Source of the DNA: Octopus bimaculoides
Taxonomy: Eukaryota
Reading direction: 5' to 3'
DNA length: 41,428 bases
Assembly: GCF_001194135.2 (NCBI RefSeq)
Contig: NC_068999.1
Coordinates: forward strand, 4,058,443-4,099,870
Shown piece after piece: positions 1 to 13,000 of the stretch. The first letter of the stretch is position 1, and every line of letters begins with the position of its first letter. The notes under the pieces were generated by a model. That model was not told where the DNA came from, made no database searches, and saw nothing but the letters and a program-made list of their open reading frames with translations. The translations under genes and the position numbers were made by a program.

Positions 1-76
<76 letters not shown>
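1..76. repeat. (ATT)n microsatellite, representative of dozens of ATT/CA/TA/TATG/GATA/ATC tracts throughout the window
   Basis: Directly visible. Confidence 0.95.
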
Positions 77-78
<2 letters not shown>

Positions 79-90
79 ATAATAATTTAA

Positions 91-200
91 GGTGGCAAGC
101 TGCCAGAATCGTTAGCACGCCAGACAAAATGTTTGAGGGTGTTTCGCCTGTCTTTATGTTTTGAGTTCAAATTCCACCAAGGTTGACTATACCTTTCATC
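91..200 (+). mobile_element. tRNA-derived SINE-like family A, 5' part
   Basis: A-box-like agctgccagaatcgttag and B-box-like gagttcaaattcc; homologous to other copies in the window. Confidence 0.75.
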
Positions 201-420
201 TATTGTAACAAGATGGACTGAATGCAATGATTACACATTGGAGCGATTTGCTCAGAAAGCATGAGTGTTGTTCATTTGAGCATCTTTAGTGTGAAAATAT
301 ATTTTATGTACTGCAGCATTTTTGCAAAAAGCATGGAATTTTACAGCATAGAGAGATAAGCAAAATACATACTTGAAATTTTCAGATTATGCAATATATT
401 AACTTGTTGGATGCATTGTA

Positions 421-760
421 TTTAGCTTACAACATGTAGCGTGTTTAGCTTACAACATGTAGTGTGTTTAGCTTACAACATGTAGTGTGTTTAGCTTACA
501 ACATGTAGTGTGTTTAGCTTACAAGCGTGTTTCAGTTTTAGTTTACAAGTGTGTTTAGTTTACAAGCTGAAATCACTATTTTAGTTTGCTAACTGCTATG
601 ATTTTAATTTTCTGAATGTAGTATTTTTAGCTTACCAAATGTAGTGAGTTTAGCTTGCTAAAAGTAGTGCTTTTAACGAGCTAAAATGTAGTGCTTTTAA
701 CAAGCTGAAATGTAGTGCTAAATGTAGGAATTTTAGCTTGCAACACATTGTAGTGTTTTT
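421..760. repeat. 23-bp minisatellite (tttagcttacaacatgtagtgtg): 4 near-perfect units plus a degenerate extension
   Basis: Units start at 421, 444, 467, 490 and 513. Confidence 0.9.
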
Positions 761-1117
761 AACTAGCCATTAGATGTGATTCCATCTTACTAAATAGACA
801 AAACCTTCATTAATATACAGTAAGACTAGTTATTTTCAACATTGCACCACCTATCCTCAGCAAATAGATAGTGTAAACGTAAGATAGCATTCTATTTTAA
901 ATTCTAATCTCGGTACTTCTTTGGTAAGTCTGGTTATTCCCAGATATCCATTTCCATAATTCTGTTGTCAGCAATATTGATTTTTGACTTTTAATAAGTT
1001 AAAATGTTGTCTACATTGATAAACATTTAAAAGTCTGCAGCAGTCAGATAAATTTATTGTTTTAAATTTAAATCAGTTATGGCAAGGGAGGAAAGAAAGA
1101 AGGATTTATCATCATCA

Positions 1118-1155
<38 letters not shown>

Positions 1156-1387
1156 TTATTATTATTATTGGTTTTCCTCTTTTGGTTTTTATCGCTGCTA
1201 ACTTCAGCAGTTAATGTTGTTGGAGTTGTGTGATTGTTGTTGTTTATAAAATGGCTGTTGTAGTCGTTCCATTTCTTGGATGAATTTTGTTCTTGTTGTT
1301 AGTGTTGTTGCCTTCTGTTGCTGTTGTATTTTATTGTTTGATATTTGTGTCTGTTGACAGATTTTCTGACGTCTCGTTTGTCGTAAT

Positions 1388-1512
1388 TGTCTGATGTTTA
1401 TTGTCTGATGTTATTGTCTGATGTTATTGTCTGATGTCTCATTTGTTATTACCATCTGATGTTATTGTCTCATGTTATTGTCTGATGTTACTATCGTTGT
1501 TCTCTGATGTTT
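1388..1512. repeat. 13-bp minisatellite (tgatgttattgtc)
   Basis: Directly visible tandem units. Confidence 0.8.
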
Positions 1513-2356
1513 GCTTTTGTCAGTGTTTGATCTCATTGTTGTTGTTTGATGTTGGATGCTGTCTGACGTGAAGTTTGATGCCATCATTGTCTTTAATATC
1601 ACCAGGAGAGGCTAACCATTTCAATCTACCTCAGAATATATTTCTACTATAAATTTTATCGATCTCCAACAGATAAAAACAAAGTCAGAACCAACAAGGA
1701 ATTGAACCCAGAACATAAAAAAAACTAAATACTGTAAGTTATTTAGTGTGGTGCTCTGTCCTCCCAATGAACCTCCTTTCATGCCCACCCATCTACACTG
1801 AAATAAAGACACCAGTTTTCAGGAACAAATATCCACTGGACTTCCTCCATATTTTACATCTTTTCTTTTTTTCCGTATTTCCAGTTTCACATTTTCCCTT
1901 TTTCTGGTTTTTTTTTGTCTTTGTATAGTTTTCCCCCCTTTTTATCTATATTTTATAGTTTCCCCATATTTCGTTATCCAAATTTCTTTCATCCTCTTTT
2001 CTTATTTTTTATTTTTTATTTTATGTTCTTCAACCTGATTTCTTTCCTTTTCTGTTTTTCCCAAACTTTCTGTATTTTCTTTTTTTTTGTTTCGGAAATG
2101 TTCTTTTTTGTTTGTCATTTTTTTTCTCTTTTACTGATTTCGATCACTTTTTCTCTGTTCATCATTTTCTCTTTTCTCTTTCCTATTTTCTTCTCCATTT
2201 TTTTTTCTTTTTGCTTCTCATTTTACTGATTAATTTTTTTGTTTGTATATTTCTGTTTTTATTTGTCTTTTCTTTCCTATTTTCTTCTTTCATTCTCCAT
2301 TCTATTTCCTCCTCTTCATTTCCCCTATCTTTGTTCTCCTCTTCTCCTGCTTTTCA

Positions 2357-2388
<32 letters not shown>

Positions 2389-2489
2389 GTTATTATCATC
2401 ATCAGTTTGGTGGAAGAGCAAAAGCATTTAAATACGCAACCAAACATTGCATTTCTTCCATTTCTTAACAAGCCAAATTCAAATCCTGC

Positions 2490-2600
2490 CAAGATGAGCT
2501 TCACATCTCATCATTTTAGGGTCAAAAAGATATCAGTCAGAGGCTATGGGACCAATTGTATTGACTGGCCGTTCTCTCCTTAAAATTGTTGGTCTTATGT
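2490..2600 (+). mobile_element. SINE-like family A, degenerate 3' fragment
   Basis: Similarity by eye to the 3' half of the copies at 14370 and 21117. Confidence 0.5.
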
Positions 2601-2601
2601 C

Positions 2602-3006
2602 TTGGCTACCCATCTGATAAGAGTACACCAGGCACATGCATCACAACCATATGTGTGTGACATGGTGATCTCATATCAAGATAAACAGCACCTGACCCTG
2701 CAAGTGGGGCCCAGTTAGAATTTTCTTCAGGTCAAAAGCTGTTCAAAAGCTCCCTGAATAAGGCTTGTTTACGGATGTTGAATGAAACATCCATGTTTCC
2801 AGAGATGAATTATTGAAACCCCCAAAGAATTCCTCCCAACACATGGCTATGATGCTCCCCCACTACTTCTGCTCATGATCAGAGATGCACATATCGTCAG
2901 CCACCAAGGGACATGCTCAACTGGTTAAAGTCAAACAACTGACAAGCAAATCTGTGGTGTTGAGCAGAATATTTGCTGTAGCCCATCTTTTATACCAAGA
3001 CAAAAC
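2602..3006. mobile_element. Interspersed repeat family E (class unknown)
   Basis: Segment about 2840-2985 is the reverse complement of 39602-39778. Confidence 0.7.
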
Positions 3007-3680
3007 ATGGGAGCCACTGCCTGGTATCGCATCAGGATATTGTGGCAAAAATTTGAAATAATAATAATTATTATTATTGTTATTAGTCTGATGAAATGGA
3101 AGAAACTGTATTTTGTTCAACTAAATTCCTTGCAGTATTTAGTTATGTTCTTGGGTTTAACTCTTTCTGAGTTCAAATCTAACTGGAGAGGATATTAACT
3201 TTCACTCCTCTGGGGGTCTCAATAAAACATATACCAGTAATGCAGAAGAAGAGAGACGGACACACAGACAGACAATTCCATAAATGGTACTGAACCATTA
3301 CACATATTAAATGTCTGTCCTTCTGAACTCTTGAGACATTTAAATAATCTCTTAAATATCATTATATATTATCAATTTAATAAATTAAAATGAAGTGGAT
3401 AATTAAATAATTTTGCTATTGTTTCTAGAAGTCTGATTTGATGGAATCAGAAAATGGTAAAAATCTAAATTTTGCAATTATGTTTCCTTCAACAGAAATG
3501 ATTGAGGTTATTTTGTTTTTTGCCTTTTGTTTTTTTACCAAGATGTTTTAAAATTAATAAGAACAATGAGAAAGTGTAAAAAATTTTTATGCTTCATTCT
3601 GTATTTAAGTTTATCAGATATGTTTGGAGATGTCACAAGTGTTGTGTAAATCAGTGAATTTTTTTGTTTGTGTGTTTCTG

Positions 3681-4010
3681 AGACCCCCTTTGGTCATGAC
3701 TGACCCTGGGATTGCACCTAGAAAGTTACCCTCCCAGGCACAAGTCTTGGCAAGGTTGTTTATGGAAGACCAGCAGTCGCCCATGCATAACGGCCTCCCC
3801 TTTCCACACCACCAGTGTTGTCCAAGGGAAAGGCAAAGGGGCCGATACATCTTGGCACCTGTGATGTTGCAACTCATTTCTACAGCTGAATTAACTGGAG
3901 CAACGTGAAATAAAGTGTCTTGCTCGAGAACACAACATGCATCCCAGTCCGAAATTCGAACTCACAACCTCACAATTGTAAGCTCAACACTCTAACCACT
4001 GAGCCATTCG
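3681..4010 (-). mobile_element. tRNA-derived SINE-like family C, near full length
   Basis: Reverse complement aligns along its length with 14010-14345. Confidence 0.85.
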
Positions 4011-4568
4011 TTTGCGTGTTTTTATGTGTTATATATGTCTATCTCTGTTTGTCTGTTTATCTCTCCTTCTCTCTCTCCTTCTTCTTTCTTTTCTCCCTTT
4101 CTTCTTTCTTTTTTTTCTTTCTTTGAGACAATGAACTATAAAAAATGTATAATGTTGACTAATTGATAGCGCAGAAATGACTCTACCAAAACAAGTCCTG
4201 TTTCAGGTGTAATCTTTCTCCGTCTTTTACCGTACATTGTAGAGATGGGAATATTTATGCAATATTGAAGAAATGTCTGGAATATTAATATGTTTTTCCC
4301 AAGACATTGACATTGTCAGTTTTGAAGATTTATCAATGAAACAAGCATTAACTTTCCACGACCACCACCACCCAATGGACTCTATAGTATTTTCTGCACC
4401 TGTCATTCCACCAAACTTTCCCCCACCACCAGCAGCTGATAAGATGGAGAGAATGAGATGATTTATATAAGATGCTAAGGTAGGGTGGTAGGTGATGGGG
4501 GGGGGGGTCGATAGCCAGGTCAGAGGTCAGCCATGTGTTGCTTGGTTTTGGTACACATCGTTTAAATA

Positions 4569-4607
<39 letters not shown>

Positions 4608-4649
4608 TTCATTCCCTACTTCACACAGTTATTCATGCACTACTCCCTT

Positions 4650-4930
4650 TCTCTCTCATAGGTAGGTACATAGATAGATAGAGAGAGAGATGGGTAGATA
4701 GATAGATAGATAGATAGATAGATGGATGGATGGACGGGTAGATAGATGGATGGATGGACGGGTAGATAGATGGATGGATGGACGGGTAGATAGATGGATG
4801 GATGGACGGGTAGATAGATAGATGGATGGATGGATGGGTAGATGGGTAGATAGATAGATAGATAGGACAGGTAGAAGAGTAGGCAGGTAGAAGGATAGAC
4901 AAGTGGATAGATAAACTGATAGATGAAAGG
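4650..4930. repeat. Compound (GATA)n/(GATG)n satellite with a 24-bp higher-order unit x4 (4721-4816)
   Basis: gatggatggatggacgggtagata repeated four times. Confidence 0.9.
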
Positions 4931-5760
4931 TAGACACACAAATCCCTGTACATCCAATCTTAGCTCAAAGCTATCAATTCCTTGTTATTTCTTCTACAAT
5001 TAACTCAATCTTTCTTTTCCATCTGCTGACATAAAGACTGCACCTAAAAGAATTAAATATTATTATCATTACCATAGTGATAATCTTTTTTCTTTAATAA
5101 AGTAAAAATTATTATCATTCTTCTTCTTCTTCTTCTTCTTCTTCTCATTATTATTATTATTATTATTATTATCATCATCAATAATAATAATTCAAATGAT
5201 ACAGGAACAAAAATGTTTTTTTTTTCCCAACCATCAAATTGATTACTTTCACAAAAATTCTTTGCAAATTCTTCAATTGTTTTCATAATTTCTTTATCGT
5301 TTTTTTTTTTAGTTGTTGTTATTTTCAACTTCTAAGGTCGTTTTTCACAAATTCCTGACAAATTCCAAAAATCTGTTTTAAACAAACATTTGGCAACATC
5401 TAAGACAGATTGGTTTGGAGTTTTTTCACCAACACATTCCAAATTCTGTCTCATTGCTCTGTTTTTTCTTCTATTGCTGCTGCTGCTGCCACTACTACTG
5501 CTACCACCTCAACACACTTGACTCATCCTTCCTTTTGTTTTCTCCCATAATGGCTCAAGACCCCACCTAAACCTCTACAGCTAACCCCTATTCCTAACCA
5601 TTCCTTTCCAAAATCTCTACCATCTCGAATTCACTCTCGGCTTATTCTTTGTCATTATAACTTTCACTTTGGATAACGCTATGGGTACTGCTGATTTCTC
5701 CTGGCCCTTTTCAAGGGTCTGTTGGGGCCATGGGTACAGTAAATTCTAGTCTTTAATATT

Positions 5761-5891
5761 GATAAGCTGGCAGAATCGTTGGCACACTGGGTAAAATGCT
5801 TAGTGGCATTTTGTCTACACTCATGTTCTGAGTTCAAATTCTTCTGTGGTCGACTTTGCTTTTCATCCTTTGGAATCAATTAAATGAGAAC
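5761..5891 (+). mobile_element. SINE-like family A
   Basis: agctggcagaatcgttggcac...gttctgagttcaaatt...gtcgactttgcttttcatcc. Confidence 0.8.
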
Positions 5892-6522
5892 CATTTTAGC
5901 ATTAAATAAGAACCATTAGTGGAAAGTTGTAGAAGAGGTGGGTCTGTTTCTTTATGAATATCAGTTTGTGTTTCATATTTATCCCTCAGGTCGGTCTTGA
6001 TCAAATAGATCTTTGGTCAAGTGTTGTTCCAGGCATAATATATCTAGGAGTACATCACCAAACATGTCCTTTCTTTTCAAGAGTGAAGAGAGTGGGATGA
6101 GATCTAGGGGTAATTTCGCTGTTAATTTTAGTGATTCCTGCAACGATGGTGAGGAATTATGTTGGCGCAAAAAAACCAGGTGTTGGTCTAAGGTTAGACT
6201 TTGTGACTTCAGATAATGAATGGATGTGATCTGGTAAAGTGGTACCTACACAAATCTAGATGGACTGAGCCTAGTCATGGACACAGTACAGTGAACTGTA
6301 TAATACAGTGTGGTACCTACTTACAGGTAGGTAGACTGGACTGTTGACATTTAAACATCTTGGCCATGGGCACATTACAGTGAACTGTACCCCATTGAGG
6401 TACCTGTTCATGGTAACTAACATTTTGTCTTCTGTTATAATTCCATTCCCATCAAAGATGCTTTATAAAACTACAATTCAATCCAATTGACTGACAGAAT
6501 TTAAATGTTCCTTGATTTTCAG

Positions 6523-6635
6523 GTATGTCATTCAAAACACAGAGGAATTTTTTACTTCTGCTGAAAGAAGTCGCATTGTTAATGAAATTCTGTCAAGAGC
6601 AACATTTGAGGGAGAAGGCAGAGTACGCAAATATG
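6523..6635 (+). CDS. ANO: Anoctamin exon A (first in window): [37 protein letters not shown]
   Basis: ttttcAG acceptor, GTAAGA donor, 113 nt, phase 2 in / phase 1 out; matches the FF..A.RSRIV..IL.R motif of the N-terminal domain. Confidence 0.9.
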
Positions 6636-8790
6636 GTAAGAACTTGTAAAATTTCTCATCTAATCTAAGAAAGAGTCATGTCTGCTGATATCATATCTAT
6701 GGGAAAGGCATGAATGTCACTCAATCAAATCCTTCCCTCATAAACCTATATTTTTCTTGTATCTGAAATGTTTTTTCGTTCCTTTTTACGTCCACTTTTC
6801 CATGCTAGCATGGGTTAGATTTATTATTGACGCTTTCTTTCCCAGCTGTATGCTCTTCCTCAACCTTACCTGGTTTTTTGTTGGTTTTTTTTTTCAAGTA
6901 AAGGATCTCTTGTTTCCCACACGTTTGAGGGACCAAAGTCAGCAGACAACTTGTTGACATCATTGTTTGTAGCTCAACAGTTCTTTAGAGAAGCACAAAC
7001 ATAAGCCAAAACACACACACATATCCATATACATATACTTAAATATGATGGACTTCTTTTCAGTTTCCATCTACCAAATCCACTCCAAAAGCTTTGGTTA
7101 GTCCAAGACGCCACACAGCAGAACTGAACCCAAAACCACATCGTCAGGAAGCGAGCTTCTTAACCACTAAGCCACGTCTAATATCCTACGATACACCTTA
7201 TTCTTTAGGGCAGAGATTCTCAACCATTTTTTGTAGCTATGAACCCCTTCTGATTCCTATTTCATTCAGGTGGACCCCAATAACCTGTCAATGTTTAAAA
7301 AAAATTCATATTATTAGGAATTGCAATTAAAAAATTAAAATATTTTGTGTTTTGTCGGAGGATAAACAATTTATTACACATATATTTTAACAGCAAAATC
7401 TTATATGGACCCTCAAGGGTCATGGACTCCGGTTAGAACCACTTTAGAAGAAGGAGGACATTAGAACTCATGGGAGCCTCTGAGAGTGGGGAAAGGGGTC
7501 GGAGAGAGGAGGAGGAGCTCAAGACTTCTTCTCAACACATCTATTCAACCTGGTGTCCCTTTTAACGATCCCCATAATCAGGAGTTACCTGGGGAGTCAA
7601 GACCCACATCACAATCATCTCAGTATATACAACTGTTGAGCCATTGCTGTTGTTGTTTATTGCCCTTGGTCAGTCCTGCCCTAGTTGACCTCTGATCAAC
7701 CAATGTTCCATCTGTGGCTAGCTAGCATCTGTTCACATGGTTTATCTCCAAACAAATTATTCAATGTGTCCTTCCTAATAAAGTGTGATTCTAACTAAGA
7801 TGTCTAGCAGGTCAAACAACCACATAGGGGCTTTGTTTTTTGTTGTTTTTTACTCTTGTTTTTACCATTCTTGTGACTGCTATTCCTGCTGCTGCTGCTG
7901 CACTTTTTATTGTTGTTGTCATTATTGTTGTTATTTTTGTTTTTGTTGCCGCTGCCATTACCAATGTTGTTGTTGTTGTTGTTTCTTGTTGCTGTCTTCT
8001 TCTCGGTATTTCTCCATTCTCCTCTCCATCCTTCAACAGGCATCAAAAGGTTACTAGGAAATGCATACATAGCAGCTTATCCACTCCACGAGGTAAGGCC
8101 AAACACAAACCTTTTCATGTTTATGTCTTTAATATTGCCAATCGAGAGAAAAAAAATGAACAAAATACCTTGTTGCAAGAATCAGCTTTTCCTCCCAACC
8201 TTTAAATACCAATAAATTACAGTACCAGTCATTAATTAGGGTCAATTCAAGTGGTGTTCCTCTTCCCACATTTGTGGCTCTGTGTATACATTATTGCGTA
8301 GCCTTTCATTAACCAGGAATAAAATCTCACCAAAGACACTCGACATCATTGTTTTAACATTTACTTTCTCTTGCTTGCATAGGTCAGATGAGATGTGTTG
8401 AAACAGAATTTCTAAGGCTGGATGCTCTTGCTGGCCACAACCTTTACTTGTCTCCAAATTACACTACTCTGCTTTCAATAACACTATTGTTATATTTATT
8501 TATTATGTAACAAATCTATGTATGGAATATACATAAGTATTGCTTACAATGTCTGGTGTTCTTTCATGTGGTGAACGAATAACCATTATGTTATCCTTGT
8601 CATCCTCATCCTTATGCAGCATCCATCATCCATGCAATGATGGGTTGGATGGATCCAACCAACCAGAGCACTGCGAAGAGTTCCAGTATTTACAGCTGGA
8701 CTGTCTTCCTAATTACACTGTATCTCTCATCTTTAGACCTGGAAACACACCAACATCAGTTGCCAAGCGATGGTGAAGGGACAAACACAG

Positions 8791-8849
<59 letters not shown>

Positions 8850-9602
8850 CGACAGGCTTCTTTCAGTTTCTGTCTACCAAATCCACTCTCAAGGCTTTGG
8901 TCAGCCTGAGGCTATGGTAGAAGACACTTCGCCAAGGTGCCGTGCAGTGGGACTGAACCTGGAACCATGTAGTTGGGAAGCAAACTTCTTAACATACAGC
9001 CACACCTGCACCTACATGTGTTATATTTTATTTCTTTATTTTTTTTTCCTTCCAGGGGCCATATTACTACGAGGACTCAATATATGCGACTGGACCAAGA
9101 AACGCGCGACATGTACGTATCTGAACCACCATTTCCGTTGTTGTTGCTATTGTTGTTGTTGTTGTTGTTTAGCCAAAGGTCAGGAACTAATAAAGTTGTT
9201 CCAAACATGACCCTGTCATTGATTTGTACGCAAAGAACAATATAATCCATTACATAAATTATTTTAAGATTGTTTTGTGTGATTTGAGGGAGATTTAGCT
9301 GGTATTTCAAGTGAGTCATGCTACCACATAGAGGTACCGCCTTTGGTTCCTATTTCTCTGTATTTTTTAAGTTGTAAGAGCTGAATGGTTCGAGCATAAC
9401 CTGGAGTCTCGGGTTCAAATCTGTTGCACAGTGGTGCAACAGACTCATGTTTCTGTTCAATACTTCTCCTAATTTACCTAGATAGGCATGGGGGACTTGA
9501 GAAGCTTGCTTAAGATTTCCACTGCGTCCCTAAAAAACGGAGGTGGGGATGTACTTGCTTTAAATTGGAGCTGGTACATGCTATGTAAGACTGTGACACA
9601 CA

Positions 9603-9646
<44 letters not shown>

Positions 9647-10038
9647 TGCATGTATACACACACTCTGGTATGCATATGCAACCATACACCTCTCCTGTCA
9701 CACCAACTCCAGACTAAAAGGTGTCAGTTAATTAAACTGCAATTATATATGAATTAAGCTGTCATTTCTTGAATATATATTGTGTGTGTACATATTATCA
9801 GCCTGTCACTTGCAGTCGTCTTCTTAACATAGGGCGTGGCTGTATTGTGTATATATATCATGGCGGGGGGATCTCTTATAGGGTGAGTATGGTTGTGCAG
9901 AACTCTGTGTGTGTGTGTGTGTGGTGTATACATTCATGTTTGTGTGTGCATATATGTACATATGTGACTGTGTTACCACAAACCATAGACACATATGTAA
10001 AGATCTTTTATATTCAATAATAATACAATCTCTCTCTT

Positions 10039-10076
<38 letters not shown>

Positions 10077-13000
10077 ATTGGTCTTTCCGTTGTCCAGTTA
10101 CTCTATGAAATGTGGGCCAGACCAAAAATGTGGTACAAACAGCAACCATTGGATGCGATCAGGTAAGAAGAATTAATTCATTCGTTGCATCAGTTATGGA
10201 AGATATCTCTGTTGTAGTTGACCTTACATCTTCACAATAAGGTAGGGCAACCCTAAGTGGTGACCCTCTCCCTAGAATGGTATAATCATATAATTTATAT
10301 TTCCACCACTTTCGTTTTTCAGATCATATTTTGGAGAAAAAATAGGAATATATTTTGCATGGCTGGCGTTCTACACGCAGATGTTAATTCCAGCAGGCAT
10401 TGTCGGTGTTGTGGTGTTCATCTATGGTCTGGCAACAATGATGGATGATATTCCAAGGTAATGTTCAGAAATACAGTTTGCAGAAATACAATTGCGTCCC
10501 CTCCCAAAAATTTCGGACCTTGTGCCTTGAGTAGAAAAGAATCATATCTACATATATAGATATAAAATATCGTAGGTAGCTATACACAATATAAAACCAA
10601 AAAGGAAAAATTCACTCATCATTAATATATATATGTATGTATGTATGTATGTATATAATGTATGCATGTATATCTGTATGAATATATATACATACACATT
10701 AAAAAGCCTTATATTTGAAGTTACTGTCATCTTTAAAGAAAAAATGGATAAATGTGTATATATTTTTGTGTTATTGTCCACTAATGCTTTGGTATTTTCT
10801 CTCCTCCCAGTTTGGACATCTGCAGCTTTGATAAATCTGGCAACCTCACCATGTGCCCCCTCTGCGATGAATTGTGCCGATACTGGAAATTAGAGACTGT
10901 TTGCTACTATGCTCGAACATCGTATCTTATTGATAACCCGTCAACGGTGTTTTTTGCTGCGTTTATGTCAGTATGGTGTAAGTATAAACACACACACAAA
11001 TGCCCAAAGGTTAAGTGAACGTGTATATATTGGCATGTGTGCACATGTACATGTATGTATGCACATGTATGCACATTTGCATATAACTATGTGTGTATAT
11101 ATATATATATATGCACCACCACAATCATACACATGGAGATCTATATTCACAGACACATACATTGTATACCTCATGGGAACACATGAAGATTTTACATGTA
11201 TACTCATGTGTACACATGTGCAAATACACACATGTCTATACACATGCTCCAATCATTTTTTCCTTTTTGTGTAAGAGACTGGACAGTTTCTGTTGTGCCA
11301 TGGAAAGGAAATACAGTATTTCTCCACACGTTGGTTAATTCCAGATGTATCATGGAAAAGAAATATTTCTTCATGTACTGGTCAGTTTCTGTTACACACA
11401 AAATACTTCTCCTGTCACTGGACATTCTACTGAACCCACCCCCCACCCACCACATGATTCAGTCAGGTTTTACAATGTGTTTTTTTTTTTCACTGTGTTT
11501 CAGCAATGTTTTTCATTGAGCTGTGGAAACGTCAACAGAATGAAATTGGTTATGACTGGGATATTTCGAATTTTGAGGAAGAGGAGGTCAGTCTGCTTTC
11601 TTATTTTCTTCTCTTATTCTTTACTCCTTACACAAGGAACTGGTACTCCTCCCAACTCTTTAAGAGAGAAGATTGAGGATCTTTCTCTTGTACTCTGTGT
11701 CTCATTCTTCTTGTACTTTGTGTCTCATTCTTCTTGTATTCTGTGTCTCATTCTTCTTGTACTCTGTGTCTCATTCTTCTTGTAAACTGTGCCTCATTCT
11801 TCTTGTACTTTGTGTCTTATTCTTCTTGTACTATGTGTCTCATTCTTCTTGTAAACTCTGTCTCATTCTTCTTATACAGAGTGCTTCATTCCTCTTATAC
11901 TCTCTCTGTCTCATTTCTTTCATACTTTGTCTCATACCTCTTGTACTCTCTGAGTCTCATTTCTCTTGTACTCTGTGTTTCATTCTTCTTGTACTCTCTC
12001 TCTCTCTCTCTCATACAAGATGTTGATACACCCACTATTTTAAGGGAGGGGCTTGGTCTCTCTGTGTCCCTCACCACACATTGATACTTCTCCAACTGTT
12101 TAAATATTTTTGCTAATAAGAGCATCCAGTAGGACATTGAGAGTCAGCCACAGAGGAAAGGACAAATCCATAACCCTTTGCATTTTCTCCTCTTCCTCCT
12201 CAATCCCCAGGGAAAAAAAAACATTGGTAGAGAAGAAACTAGGAATTTGATACAAAAGAGGAACCCCGAGAAGGGACCAAAGGACCAGGTTGGGCTTTGA
12301 AATCAGGTAGCATGTTAGCTCTCTTATTAAAACTGCCCATCAAGGACCCAGTGAGGGTTTTAGTGTTATATATATTGAATGTATCATATGATAACACAAT
12401 GTCTATGTGAGAGTCCATCCAGCACATCTTGATTCCTATTCCATTTATTCCATTGTCTGGAAAGATGTCTTCCTCCCAGACATATAACTGGGTTATGTTA
12501 TGGGAACTCAAACTCTCTTCCATTGTTCCTTCATCAATAATTTGTTAAAGACATATTTTCTGATCTTTTCTCAAAGGAAACTGTTCGCCCAGAATTTGAA
12601 TCTACGGTTACAACCACTCGAGAAAACCCTGTCACTGAGGTAAGTAAGATCCAGTTTCAGCTACCTTAAAAACCCAGGTAATTTACGCATTTTTTTCTGC
12701 AAAGATGAAAATAAACTTTAGGGCTGCATAAATTACATGAGTTGATCATTTCCAGAATTTTTTGAATTTTTTTTTTTTTTGTTTCTTGAGAAAAGATGTA
12801 CAAAACATAAACATTTATACCAGAAGTTGACTGATTTAATGTCAGAAAAGGTTTTTACAGAAAAAATAAGGGCTTAAATATAGTGAAGTTGAATTTTGTT
12901 TGTTGGATGGTATAATGCTTAATGTTTCCATATAAATTTACTAAAACCGTTAAGATTGTTTGCCAACATAACCTGGCAGTCCTGGTTTAGGATGAATGTT

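Noticed and set aside
1-6522. Additional upstream anoctamin exons (e.g. AG at 4205-4206, ORF 4273-4461, FFTNTF-like stretch near 5420)
   Set aside because: In-frame stops, no suitable phase-2 donor and no anoctamin motif; the 5' exons are probably outside the window.
11637-11642. 6-nt micro-exon GAACTG (EL) at the EEEE|E junction, where ANO1 has its EAVK micro-exon
   Set aside because: The upstream intron would be only 50 nt and the donor (GTACTC) is poor; unsupported without junction reads.
421-12000. 23-bp tandem arrays (421-530 and 11681-12000) as CRISPR arrays
   Set aside because: Units are head-to-tail with no unique spacers, no cas genes are present, and the context is a spliced eukaryotic gene.
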